64,000 bases of DNA, taken from NCBI RefSeq assembly GCF_009914755.1, contig NC_060946.1, one strand, 5' to 3'. The stretch comes from the human T2T-CHM13v2.0 reference genome, Homo sapiens. The first letter of the stretch is position 1; each line of letters begins with the position of its first letter. The position numbers and the translations under genes are program-made. A model generated the notes under the pieces. That model saw only the letters and a program-made list of their open reading frames with translations. It made no database searches and was not told the DNA's origin. Below, piece after piece: positions 1-32,449 of the stretch.

Positions 1-32
1 CTTGCCTCTGCAACTGGGTGGCTTTCTGCCCA

Positions 33-4725
<4,693 letters not shown>

Positions 4726-5149
4726 AAAACCCCACAAAAGCAAAGAAGGTCCAGAGCCCGGAAGGCGGGAGGGGCTCTGAAGACTTTATCACACTTTACC
4801 TCCTCTGTTCCTCCCAACAGCCCAGCTCTTGGTAGGTGCTGTTGTCCATTTCACAGATGAGAACATTGAAGGGGAAGTAATTACCCTAGAGGTGGGAAGA
4901 ACAGAGTGAGGGTACCCAACAGGTAGCAAACGACAGAGCTGGGGGAGGGGAACCCCTGTCCCTGCCCCTCCCCTAATCTCTGAGGGGATCAAGACAGAAG
5001 TAAACAAGCTTTGCCGTGCCCAGGACAATTGTTACTTTGTTATTCCAGGAGCGCTCTGCCTTCTCCCACCCCCAATATACCCCAGGGCTGGAGTTAGGTC
5101 CTACCCATCCCCGCGTAGCAGGCTGCCCACCCGCCCACCCCGCCTGGAA

Positions 5150-6780
5150 GCTTTCTGATTTCTCTGTTCGCCCCGCCAGGCGCTGTGGGGTCCGTCTCAC
5201 CAGGTCTGCACGTGAGCCCCCTGCCCCCAATCCCTCCCAGTCCCGCCCGCCTCTCGCGGACCCGGAGCCCCGACGGGAGGGGGAAGGCAGTGGGTGTGTC
5301 ATGCAGCTGGAAGGCTGCGGACGGGCGGCAGTGGAGGGGCAGCCCCCTGGCTTCGGGTATGGATCACTGGATGCTGCTGCTAACCAAATGTGAACCTCGG
5401 TTTTCATATTTGTGAAATAGGCTTTAAAACACCTAAATCCCAAAGCTGCCAGCCTAAGGAGCACACGTCTTTGAACGCTGGCTTCACGCTGTCATTTAAG
5501 TCATTTCGTCCTCTTGGAGCCTCGGTTTCCACGTGGGTAAAATGATCGTGAAAAAAAGCACCGAGGAGTACTTTGAGCTCGAACGGAGGCCATCCGTGTA
5601 AAGGGCCAGATTCTGTCAATGGATCGATCCCCCCGATATTGATGGAAACCCCTGAGTGCACGCCCGTGCTGGGCGCAGGGGAAACAGCGACGCACGGGAC
5701 AAAACAAGCTTGCAGAACAGCAGGGGGCAGAGAGGCTGTAAACAAGCCAACGGGCTGCACTTGTAGCGGTTCTGTTGCCAATGCCATTCAGACCCCAGTC
5801 CGGGATTCCGCGCTCGGGGTGCGAGAGGCCGCTCCCGGGGAGGGGCGGGACCCGGGCGGGGCGGGAGGGGCGGGGCGCCCGGGCCTATTAGGTCCCGCGC
5901 CGGCAGCCGGGCCGCAGACACGAAGCCTCCCGGGTGGCTTACAGACGCTGCCAGCATCGCCGCCGCCAGGTGAGTGCCCCCGACCCTGCTGCCGCCCGCT
6001 GCTCCGCCCAGCTCGAGCCCGGCGGTTAGCGCCCAGGCCGCGGCCCGGGTGCCGAGCGGCTGGAAGTGTGGGGAGCCGTGCCCAGGTTTTACCGCTCCAG
6101 CAAGTCGCTGGCGGGGCGACGTCTCGGGACTCCGGCTCCGAAACGTACCCTCTCTGTCCGGGGCTCCAGGTCCCCGACGGGCGATCGTGCCAGGCGCGGC
6201 CCCTGCGGGCCTCAGTCTCCGCGCCTGTGCAATGGGGTGGTCCCTCTGCGTCTCGCCGCGACGGCTGGACGCCCCATCGCCGCCGCACAGTCCTCCAGTG
6301 CGGCTTCCGGGCACCCGGCTCCGAACTCTGGGGTCGTGCGGACCCGGCCAGACCGTAGCGCGGCAACGCCAGCCCACGGCCGCGGCCGCACAGCCCCGGT
6401 GCCCTTAAAAGAGGGAAGATGGCGTCGTGCCCGGTGCCGCCGGGACCGGCTCCCGGAGGCGCTGCGCACCTGAGGAAGGGCCGAGGAAAGGCTTCGTAAC
6501 GGGACGCCCAGAAAGTCCGGAACAGGAACGTGCACACGGAGCGGCGCGCAGCCGCCCGCCCTCGCTTGCCCACGCGCCCTGCACAGGTGCGCCCCAGACT
6601 GGGCGGGGACTAGAGCCCGGCTGGGGCATGCGACCTTGTTTGGTAAATTGGAGGTGCGCCCCTGCGGGTGACCCGCGAGGGGGCCCCCCGCCTGCGGGGC
6701 GCGGTCACGACAAGGCTTGTGGGGTTCGGAGCTGGTCGTCGTCTGGGCTCTGGCCTCCTAAATGCGATCGCTTTCAAGCC
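5150..6780 (+). promoter_or_regulatory. BIK: BIK CpG-island promoter with clustered GC boxes
   Basis: High CpG density; stacked GGGCGG boxes at about 5841-5877; TATTA at 5886-5890 about 28 nt upstream of exon 1; E2F-like TTCCGCGC at 5806-5813; CACGTG E-boxes at 5209 and 5530. Boundaries approximate. Confidence 0.85.
5914..5969 (+). other. BIK: BIK exon 1 (non-coding 5' UTR)
   Basis: Ends at a consensus donor CAG|GTGAGT (5970). Joined to exon 2 it gives the BIK 5' UTR ...cgccgccag-aggagaaATG as I recall it. Start approximate. Confidence 0.85.
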
Positions 6781-7354
6781 CTTCATTGTCAATTTTGCTA
6801 GAATGAGCCACTCGTGGGGTAGGACGTGGTTGTTGATGTTACTGTTGTAGCTCTTACTATTGTAACATTTTTGTTGCTGTTTTAACGCAGTGTTTACTGT
6901 GGTCTGGGAGCCCGAGCTTCCCAGGGAGCATTGGTGTCAGCCTCATGTCCCCGCATTAGGAGGAGCGCAGTCTGGTGGGCACTAGCGCCGGGAAGTTCTT
7001 AACATCTGTCTGCCCCTGGGAGCAGGAGGCCTCATCTTCCAGGTGGAGAAACAGAGATTTCAGTCCCAGGAGGCACAGAAATGCCAGGGTTGTCTAGCTA
7101 GAAGCCAAGGGCCCTTTATGGAACCCAAGCCAAAACCTCTTTCCACTCTCCAGCCCTGTGGCCTCGGAAGGGCCACTCCATCTCTCTGAACCTCAGTTTG
7201 TTCTGTTCACTCTGCAAAATGTATCCCTGAGGTTTCTGGCCAGGTGAAAGCCCCTCTCAAGTTAGTAGCCTCCCTGGAGTTAAGACTCACCCCGATTTCT
7301 ACTTAATTTGGGCACGCCTTTGGAATAAGTTCTCAGGAATGGCACAGTTTGGGT

Positions 7355-19110
<11,756 letters not shown>

Positions 19111-19188
19111 TCATCCTGTGAGAGAGCCCCCAGACTGCTCAGTTCTTAGGGGTCCAGTCATATGCTGTCTTTTTGCCCCAGAGGAGAA

Positions 19189-19349
19189 ATGTCTGAAGTA
19201 AGACCCCTCTCCAGAGACATCTTGATGGAGACCCTCCTGTATGAGCAGCTCCTGGAACCCCCGACCATGGAGGTTCTTGGCATGACTGACTCTGAAGAGG
19301 ACCTGGACCCTATGGAGGACTTCGATTCTTTGGAATGCATGGAGGGCAG
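19189..19349 (+). CDS. BIK: BIK exon 2 coding part ([10 protein letters not shown]...LECMEG), BCL2-interacting killer
   Basis: Acceptor ttttgccccag at 19180-19181, exon starts 19182, ATG at 19189, donor CAG|GTAGGT; 161 nt. Translation is the recognisable BIK N-terminus. Confidence 0.97.
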
Positions 19350-19705
19350 GTAGGTCCCCATGGCCTGCCCTACCCCCTGCCTGATAGTGACTTCAGGGGT
19401 GGGCTGGATGAGCAGACCTTCTGTGAGCGGGGGAGCGCCTGCAGATGCCTCCCAGGCAGGGCCTCCGAGAGGAAGATTTCCCGGATGTGGGCATGGAGGC
19501 TTCTGCCCTGGGAGCGGCTTCACTTTGCTGCCCCACCCTCCCCTGATACCAGCTCACAGACCCCTGGACAGCCAGCATGTTCACAGTCTCAAGATGGACC
19601 TGGGGCCCCTGGCTGTCAAAATGGCACAGTGTTTGGGCCTCAGGGAGCTAGACAGGCCCTTAGCGACCTGCTGAGGACATCAGGGCCTCTTGAAGGAGGT
19701 GACTC

Positions 19706-20563
<858 letters not shown>

Positions 20564-20588
20564 GCTCTCATTTTAGAAAACCAGAACC

Positions 20589-21652
<1,064 letters not shown>

Positions 21653-22471
21653 AGGACTGGCACTTTCATTCTTCCCCTGGTACAGATGAGGAACGTGAAG
21701 GCCCAGGAGCAGCTGACCTCAGTAGTTTCTACCCTGAGCCTGGAAGAGAATGGTCAGGCCTGACCTGGGCTGTTGCTTTCTGCTGGGGAATCCTGTCTCT
21801 GATGTGGCACCTCCCACAGGCCAGGGACCAGCTCCATGTTCCACAGGATTCTTTTCTGCTCAGGATTTTTTTTTTCAGCCTCAGGATTTTTAGTCATTAA
21901 GGATTTTAGAACTGGAGGCACCTGTCCATTAATGGACAAGGTTGGAGGACATGAAGCCTGGGGCAGTATTTTCCTGAGGTTTCCCAGGGTAACAGAAGGT
22001 AGGACCACAGCCCCCAACCCTGATTGCCAGCCCACACCTGTACCCCTCCCACCCGCATCCCCTCCAAGTAGGGAGTGTAGGCCCAGGGCATTGGCAGGTC
22101 AGGTGGGTGGGGCCAGGGCCCAGGGCCGGCCTCAGCTCAGGGCCCCTAGGAGTCCCACTTCCCTGGGAGTTCCCCCGGTGTAGTCACTGGGATGGAATGC
22201 ACACAGGTCCCTGGTAGAGGCCCAGACCAGCAAGCTGGGAGGGTGGGGAGTGTCTTAGTCTTTGTGTGGGAGTGAATGCGGGTGGGGTGTAGGATCAAGG
22301 ATGTGGTTTAGTGGGGGGCCTACTAGGGGCTTCTTAGTCCCCCCATTCGGAGAGGGGTGGTGCCAGCAGGGCTGGTTTCAGGATTGGGACCAGGACACAG
22401 GTCTTAGAGCCCCCTCACCTCCCACAAAGGAAGGTAAGCTGCAACCCCTGTGGGAAGGGGGCTCAAGGGGG

Positions 22472-22577
22472 CTCAGCCATCCGGGGGACTCAGCACCACC
22501 AGACCTGTCCATTCCCCTTGGTCAGCCTCAGCCATCCGGGGGCTCAGCACCCCCAGACCTGCCTGTTCCCCTTGTCC
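22472..22577. repeat. Two-copy tandem repeat, unit about 55 bp
   Basis: CTCAGCCATCCGGGGG(A)CTCAGCACC.CCAGACCTG...TTCCCCTTG starts at 22472 and again at 22527. Confidence 0.9.
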
Positions 22578-22862
22578 ACCATTTCCACCAAAGCCCACAG
22601 GTGGGCCTGCCCCAGGATTCTTTTTGAAATAGCTTGCACCTCTGGGGCCACCCACGGATGGGACCTCATGGGTATCTCTGAATCCAAGTGGGAGCCGGAG
22701 GAGGGATACAGGGAGGCCCACTCACTGCCTGCCCCAAATCTGACACCATCTCTTATCCTCTGGGCCACTCCCAGCTGCACACAATCCGTTGGCTGGGTGG
22801 GTCCAGGTGCATGTGGCCTCCACGGCACAGCCACACCCGACTCCTGTGTGTGCTCCCTGCAG

Positions 22863-22961
22863 TGACGCATTGGCCCTGCGGCTGGCCTGCATCGGGGACG
22901 AGATGGACGTGAGCCTCAGGGCCCCGCGCCTGGCCCAGCTCTCCGAGGTGGCCATGCACAG
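22863..22961 (+). CDS. BIK: BIK exon 3, BH3 domain ([19 protein letters not shown])
   Basis: Acceptor ccctgcag, donor CAG|GTAGCC; 99 nt, phase-compatible; LxxIGDE BH3 motif. Confidence 0.97.
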
Positions 22962-23661
22962 GTAGCCGGCCTATGCCCTATGCCTCTACACCTGGGGAGG
23001 GGCCCTGGGCGGTGGGTGGAGGCCCTGAACACAGCACAGGGCTGGGCCCTGAGGAAGCTCTGTGGGGGATGTGCCTTGACACTCTGGGGCTATACTGAAA
23101 CCCTTGGCTGCTTCCCGCACCTCTCCTGGGAGCCCCCAGCTCCTGGCACTCGACCCCTGCCTCCTGTCCCTGGCATTCCTGGGCAACAAAGCAGAGCCCA
23201 GGGCCCTTTTCTCTCTCGCCGTCCTCATTGAGCCCAGATGGTACATTTCCACCGTGGTCTTAAGAGGGGGTGCTACGTGAGCTCGGATCCTAGATCCTGG
23301 GGGCTGGGCCTCTCAGCGAGTCTCCGGTGGGGGAATAGAGTGGGCAGTGGCTTGTGAGGGCCCTGTAGAATGGGGGTTTATTTTCCACGTGGCCAGCTCT
23401 GGAAGACAGGGCCAAACACCCGGTGGGCTGGCGGGCGGCTGGCTGGCGGAGGAAGCAGGAAGTTGGAATGAATTTGACCACAAACAGTCCATACCACGCG
23501 GCCCCTGCAGGTGGAGGCGCCCACGGAAAGGGCCCCGGGTGGCTGTGGGGTGGGAGGGCACAGGCCCCTGCTCCCCACAGCTGTGATGGTGTCATCTAAG
23601 TACAGGCTGCCCCTACCTGCTCCTGCAGTAATGGCTTTGTCCCCCCATCCTTTGTCTATAG

Positions 23662-23791
23662 CCTGGGTCTGGCTTTCATCTACGACCAGACTGAGGACAT
23701 CAGGGATGTTCTTAGAAGTTTCATGGACGGTTTCACCACACTTAAGGAGAACATAATGAGGTTCTGGAGATCCCCGAACCCCGGGTCCTGG
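23662..23791 (+). CDS. BIK: BIK exon 4 (LGLAFIYDQ...PNPGSW)
   Basis: Acceptor tttgtctatag, donor TGG|GTAAGA; 130 nt, in frame. Confidence 0.96.
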
Positions 23792-24378
23792 GTAAGAGCC
23801 TTGAGATCCCTGACCCTGACTTGCGCTGCGGCCAGTGGGGGCTGTCAGAGCCGCTCCTTGGGGCGCCACAGTCCCCACCACTCCGTATCATCATCTGTGT
23901 CACCTGTGTCCACATCTGCCTGATCCCATGGGCTTTTGGGTTTGAGATGCCTGGTTCTGAGTGCACAAACCAGTGCATGGTCCTGGGTCTCCCTCTGGTC
24001 CGAGAGCCTTCACCTGGCAGGCAGGACTCCCGTCTCCTGGCCAGGGCAGGGGCCTCCCTGAGCAGCCTTCCTGGTAGCCTGGTCCCATGGTGTCCACTCG
24101 GCACCGCCCACCACAAGGGCAGCTGACTGCCCTCACCTGTGCCCACCGGGTGTCTTTGCCTGTGTCCCGCAGACTGGCAGGCCCAGGCCACGCTGGCCTC
24201 TCTGGCCACGTCCTCAGGGCCACTTTCCCCCTCTCCTGAACTCCTTCCTTCTCTGGTCCCCTCGAGCTCCTTCCCAGTCCCCACCCTCCTGGGCTTCCCC
24301 TTGGCACTCCGCTGTCACCCGTCTGGCCCCATTGCTGGGGCCTGCCCCGAGCCTGACTCCTCTGCTTTGCTCCCACAG

Positions 24379-24471
24379 GTGTCCTGCGAACAGGTGCTGC
24401 TGGCGCTGCTGCTGCTGCTGGCGCTGCTGCTGCCGCTGCTCAGCGGGGGCCTGCACCTGCTGCTCAAGTGA
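24379..24471 (+). CDS. BIK: BIK exon 5 coding part, C-terminal transmembrane anchor
   Basis: Acceptor ctcccacag; [30 protein letters not shown] then TGA; total CDS 161+99+130+93 = 483 nt = 160 aa. Confidence 0.97.
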
Positions 24472-24856
24472 GGCCCCGGCGGCTCAGGGCGGGGCTGGCC
24501 CCACCCCCATGACCACTGCCCTGGAGGTGGCGGCCTGCTGCTGTTATCTTTTTAACTGTTTTCTCATGATGCCTTTTTATATTTAAACCCCGAGATAGTG
24601 CTGGAACACTGCTGAGGTTTTATACTCAGGTTTTTTGTTTTTTTTTTATTCCAGTTTTCGTTTTTTCTAAAAGATGAATTCCTATGGCTCTGCAATTGTC
24701 ACCGGTTAACTGTGGCCTGTGCCCAGGAAGAGCCATTCACTCCTGCCCCTGCCCACACGGCAGGTAGCAGGGGGAGTGCTGGTCACACCCCTGTGTGATA
24801 TGTGATGCCCTCGGCAAAGAATCTACTGGAATAGATTCCGAGGAGCAGGAGTGCTC

Positions 24857-24862
24857 AATAAA
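24857..24862 (+). terminator. BIK: BIK polyadenylation signal AATAAA
   Basis: AATAAA about 385 nt after the stop codon, downstream of a U-rich 3' UTR. Confidence 0.85.
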
Positions 24863-25583
24863 ATGTTGGTTTCCAGCAGTCTCTGGTCCTCTCTGGGGGG
24901 TTGGCAGCACCAGCACGGGCTTCCTCTCGCCCCAGGGAGGCACACTGTGTTGGTGGGGAGGGCAGGGCCTGTGTGCTCCTAATCAGATCCTTCCCTGCAA
25001 AAGGGGACCGCAAATGCTGCCTTGGTTTGGCCCGACGGTTTGCCTTCTCCCTTGTCCCGGTCTGTGGCCTAAAATCCACTGTTGGGGGTTATTTCCTTTG
25101 GGCTTTCAGTTCCTCTTTAGGGGATGCCTGCCTCTCCCTGCACAGACTCCTCACCACAGGGATGCAGCCGTGGCTCCGCTCACAGGGAGAGGTGTGGTGG
25201 GGATTGGGGAGCAGGACAAGGGGCACCAGGGGCAGGAGGGCCAGGACCCTGCTTTGTACCTTTGTAGGCTTGGTACCTGCCCTGGGCCTTGCCTCGTGCC
25301 ATTTGTAGACCCCACCAGGCCTCCCTCCCAGGACATCGGCTCTGTGTCTGCCCTCCACCCCAAATGTCAAAGCTGGGCTGGGCCGGCCACCATTCTCCAG
25401 CCCCCAACCCCCCTCATCCCCAGAGCTGGGAGATGCAGCTGTTCATACCTCCCAGGCTGGCTGGGCAGACCCTGCATCCTGCTCACTCCTCCCTCCATCC
25501 TGGCCTCCAAACCAAAGGGGACCTCCAATAGGCTTTCCTGCCTCCTTATGTCTTCTCTCCCCAAGGTCTGGCCCTTTGCAGCC

Positions 25584-26928
<1,345 letters not shown>

Positions 26929-28194
26929 TAAAATAATCAAGTTCTCTGTGCAATACAGATTTAAGACATAGTTCTTTCCAAAGAACTGTCGCACTCCCAG
27001 GGACGCGCATGCAGGCTGCAGTGGGAATCACATCGCATCGGCTTTTGTGTTTTCAGCCAGGGCTTCGAGACATGCAGGGTGTCTGGGGTCACAATGCCTG
27101 GAAGTGCTGCTGGTGTGTAATGGCCCGGCACCAGGGCAGCTGCCCAAGAGTGGGACATTCCCATATAAGGAAGGAGGGTTCTGCCCAAAGGCCAGCTGGG
27201 CCCTGCTGAGAAACACCAGAGAACTAAAAATGTGAAAATGAGGAACCCTATCCAGGACTTGACGTGTCTACACAATGGTAACATTTTAAGACAATCAGAG
27301 AGTTCATTCCCAATAATATTTTCCCACTATCTCTGTATAATGAACAACCACCCAAGCAGCTTGGAATGTCTCATACTTAATATTGACGCAGGAGCTTCTC
27401 TGAGGACGGGGCATGGAGCCAGGGGTCAGCTCCGAGGCAGGTATGTGCTGTGCTCCCTCTGGCGCCCCGCAGACCCGCAGTCCCAGTGGGTGACCAGGGT
27501 GTTCCTCCATGGTTCCACCCCTAGGACCAGGGCCTCAGTCGCCCTCCCTACCTGGCACTCCCCACACCCCGCACCTCACTCAAGGACCTTTCTACCAGAA
27601 CAGAGCGCACTCACTCTCTAGCACACAGCAGGCAATACATATCTCTTGGGTATGTCCATAAATGTGGGCCTCTGTCTCCCAGCTGTCAAGTGAGGAGGTG
27701 AACAAAACTGCCAAGGCCAACTGGGTTCTAAAACCTTTCAGATTTGTGACAAAGGAGCCCTGGGGGGCAGGCTGGGGGTGGTGGAGGGGCTCCCCTGGCA
27801 CTGGCTGAAATTGAGGCCACACCAGCATGTTCTCAGCACTCACAGAGCAGGACAGGCTGCAGCAGCCAGTCCTCCCCTTCCCGCTGAGATGGCACACCTG
27901 CCTATGGTGCAGGGCTGGCAGAGGCGGGGCCAGGATTCCAGCTTCCCCACACACCAGCCCTGTGGCATCATTCTTCCCAACGTCCAAACGTTTTTCCAAG
28001 GGGGAGAAATGGACTGGGTCATGTAAAGAAATACTCATTTTTAGGGCTTTTTATGTGGCCTTCAAAGCACGTTGCAAACAAATCCCTTTCACTCCTCAGA
28101 GGAGGAGCCATTAGGAAGGTAGGGGGCGACAGGCACAGCCTACAGCCTCTCCTCAGGAGGACAGAGGGGGTCATTGCATTTGAGCCCCCTGCAG

Positions 28195-28638
28195 TCATCT
28201 CGGGGGCTCCTGAGGGTCCAGGTCCACATGTTCGAGGGTCTGCAGCACATCCACGGCGCTGTAGGACTTCCAGGCCTGCATGTTACAGCTCTTCAGGATG
28301 GCTCCCAGCTGCCTGCCAGGGCCTACTTCGAAAGTTTGGGGGAACCCCCTGCCCTTTTTCCTTTCGTATATGGCATGCATCGTCTGCTCCCACTTCACTG
28401 GGGAGACCAGCTGCTGGGCCAGCAGCTTGTGGATGTGCCCGGGATGCCTGTATCTATGCCCGTGGACGTTGGAGTAGACAGAAACCAGAGGCTTCTTAAT
28501 GTCGACTGCCTTTAAAGCTTGCGTCAGGGGCTCCACGGCTGGCTCCATGAGGCGGGTGTGGAATGCGCCACTAACCGGCAACATCCTGGTGCGTCTGAAA
28601 TGAAACTTAGAGGAATTCTTCTGGAGAAACCGTAGAGC
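28195..28638 (-). CDS. MCAT: MCAT exon 4 (ALRFLQK...VSGAFHT...DPQEPPR), includes catalytic His270
   Basis: Minus-strand acceptor ttccccag; 444 nt to TGA; FabD-type GAFH and EVGPG motifs. Confidence 0.97.
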   Translation of the reverse strand, partial: ALRFLQKNSSKFHFRRTRMLPVSGAFHTRLMEPAVEPLTQALKAVDIKKPLVSVYSNVHGHRYRHPGHIHKLLAQQLVSPVKWEQTMHAIYERKKGRGFPQTFEVGPGRQLGAILKSCNMQAWKSYSAVDVLQTLEHVDLDPQEPPR

Positions 28639-28933
28639 CTGGGGAAGGAAGGAGGTTTCAGCTGAGCAATGTCCCAGAAATCCGCCTTTACAGATCTGAC
28701 CATTCACAGGGCCAAACTGGGAGGGTGACCACAAAGAGACCCACAGCTGCTAGATGTGGACATGTGACCTGTCTGTCCCAGCACCATCCCCAGGCAATTC
28801 ACTTAACATCCTGGAATCTCTTCTGTCCCAGCCTTCAAATAAGCACAGTTCCATCTACTTCACAACGCTGCCAGGAAGAGCAAACCCTACAAGGCATGCA
28901 ACAGTGTCTGGTAGAGGAAAACGCACTATCTAA

Positions 28934-29138
<205 letters not shown>

Positions 29139-29397
29139 TGATCTCCAGACCTCGTGATCCACCCTCTTCGGCCTCCCAAAGTGCTGGGATTACAGGCATG
29201 AGCCGCCGCACCCGGATCTCAATGAGAATTCTATCACTCCTTTCATAATTTTTGACCAGTCTGTTTGCTTTTTATTCCATAATCTTCAAAATAAAAATTC
29301 AGAACTAAAATTCAAGCCCCATTTCACAATGCAGGGTCTAGGATATTGTCACTTTCATCTGAGGTTTCTCTGGAGAAGGAAAGAGCTCTCCTCTTGA

Positions 29398-29710
<313 letters not shown>

Positions 29711-30453
29711 TGAACTCCTGGCCTCAAGTCATCCACCTGCTTTAGTCTGTCAGTGTTCCCTAGAGACTGTTCCTGTAGCCTGAGTCCTGGGCTGAAAAGC
29801 AGAACCCAGCCTGGCGAGCACAGACCAGGAGTGGGACCGGTGCTTGTGTGCTGTGACCACTGAGGTGTGGGCTACTTGTCACTGCAACAAAACCTGGCCT
29901 GTACTGACTCACCCGTGCTTCCCCTCCACCATCACCCTCCATGTGGCTCCATCCCACTGAGGCTGGACCGCAGGAACCAGGAGCCTCTTTGGTCTGGGCC
30001 TTCCAGACTCTGGAGCCCAAGCCCCTCCCTCCACACCTAGATTGTCTGAGTGACTGGCAGGTATGGGGATGGCTACTCAGTAGCACTTCCTGGAGCATCT
30101 GTGGTCTCAAAGTGCTTTCCGTGTAAGGTCTCTGGACTCTGGCTCAACAGCTGAGCCCTCTCAAGTCCCAGGCTAGGGCCACAGGGCTCAAGGTCACCAT
30201 CACAGGGGCCAGCAGTCTCCTCTCCAATGGCCAGTCCTTGGCCCAGGCATTGGGCGAGCAGGGCCCAGGAGCCTTTTCACATCAGTTGTTGGAAAGGGGC
30301 TTCCCCCCTGAGGGGGTACCCCTGCCCTCACCTGAGCTCTTTGCTGTGGCACTACCAAGAATACCAAAGGGAAGCTGGGCACAGTGGCTCACACCTATAA
30401 TCCCAGCACTTTGGGAGGCCGAGGTGGGCAGATCACCTGAGGTCAGGGGTTCA

Positions 30454-30681
<228 letters not shown>

Positions 30682-31041
30682 TCAAAAGGATGAACCTAGG
30701 AGTTGTCACCTAGACTGGGTGCACCTGTCTGGGAGCCTACTGGGGAGACTCCTGCCCTGACTGGGAAGTCCTTCCTGAGCCACTTCTGGGCTTCCTTCCA
30801 AGGCTGGTAAAGGGAACGCCTAACTAGCTCCAAGACTGACCTGGGGCCACCATACCTGACCTGCCCACCATCTCAGAACAGTCATAAGAGGCTCCTGCCA
30901 GCTCTCACTACTTCAGAGGAGGCAGTTGAGGACGCCTGGCACACGGTGAGCCCTCAAAGGGGAAGGGGAGCCAAGCACGGTCAAGTGGCGGAAACAGACT
31001 CCAGAGTGAGACAGACTCAGGTTCCCATTCTGCCTCTACTA

Positions 31042-31245
<204 letters not shown>

Positions 31246-32231
31246 TTAGCCAGGTGTGGTTGCCCGTGTCTGTAATCCAAGCCACTCAGGAGGCTAAGGT
31301 GGGAGGAACACTTGAGCCCAGGAGGTCCAGGCTGCAGTGAGCCGTGATGGTGCCACCATACTCCAGCCTAGGCAACACAGTGAGACCCTGTCTCAAACAA
31401 ACAAACAAAAAAAGAATCCCTTCCTTCCATATAGCACAGGATGGGCTGTGAGGGACATGAAGTAAGACAGAAATGCCTGGCCCGGGCAGCAGCCCCTCAC
31501 ACGGGCTGCAATCTGCGCTCACTCAGCATTCCCTGAGCCAGGCACTCAGCACCCACTGCTCTTTCTGTAGGGGGCTCCTGCCGCTCTGCTCAGGGTGCCC
31601 CCTGCTGGCAAACACATGCCCGTCCTCCAGCTGCTGCCTCCTGGGTTGCTCTTAGGCCCATGAGTAGCCAGCCAGACCCTCACTGCACCCCTCGGCCTGG
31701 AGTCATCCATTCACGGGGCTCTTCCTTTGACGGCAGGAACCCTGGCTAATCAGTCTGTGCGTCCCCAGCCCTTGATAAATGTTTGGGGAAGTAGCAAATG
31801 GAAGGAAATACGGTGGAAAGGAAATGAACTCCAGGGCAAAAACAGACACCTAAAAAAAGCAGGGCAGGCAGAGCAATCTAGCAGAAAACAAATCTCTTTT
31901 CTCTAAGGAAGCAACCAGATCACAGGCTCCTCAGAAGCCCAGAATGTACTACGGGAAGGGCCCTGGAGATCAGCTGGCCCTGCCCCTTTACTTTAGACAT
32001 GGGCTGGCTGGTTGGTTCCAGACCCCATTCTACACGTGGTGGAGCAGGGCAGCATTCTTGCTCCTGCCTGCTTTGCAGCACTCGGTCTACCTCACTGCCC
32101 TGGCCCCAAAATACTTCCTAAAGACCGGGCTGGACCCAGCACCCGCCAGACTGCTAGGCCTCACGGGTGTGGAGCAGTTCCAACCCTCCGTACTGGACTG
32201 GCCTATGAAGGCAGTTCCCATCAACACCCAC

Positions 32232-32449
32232 CTCTTGGTGTCCTGAAATCACCCTGCAATCTGGAAAGAGGTAGTTGGACACTTCACATACGGGGTTCTC
32301 TATGCCTAAAGACTTGCAGTGTTCCCGGGCTTCCAAACAGGCGAAGTTGAACTTGGACTGAGGCTGGCCGAGGACAGACAGCATCCCACTGGGGACAGCT
32401 TCTGAAGCTTCCTGCATGGCCTCAGCTCGGATTTTCACTGCATACAAAC
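32232..32449 (-). CDS. MCAT: MCAT exon 3 (LYAVKIRAEAMQ...RVISGHQE)
   Basis: Acceptor ctggccag, donor GAG|GTGGGT; 218 nt; FabD-like R-x-x-x-M-Q and VISG motifs. Confidence 0.96.

Noticed and set aside
5573-6801. Overlapping 250-260 aa ORFs on both strands at the BIK promoter
   Set aside because: Pro/Arg/Gly/Ala-rich and explained by stop-codon depletion in a CpG island; no domain and no coding bias.
24214-24456. Antisense polyglutamine-like ORF
   Set aside because: It is simply the reverse complement of the BIK poly-Leu CTG codons.
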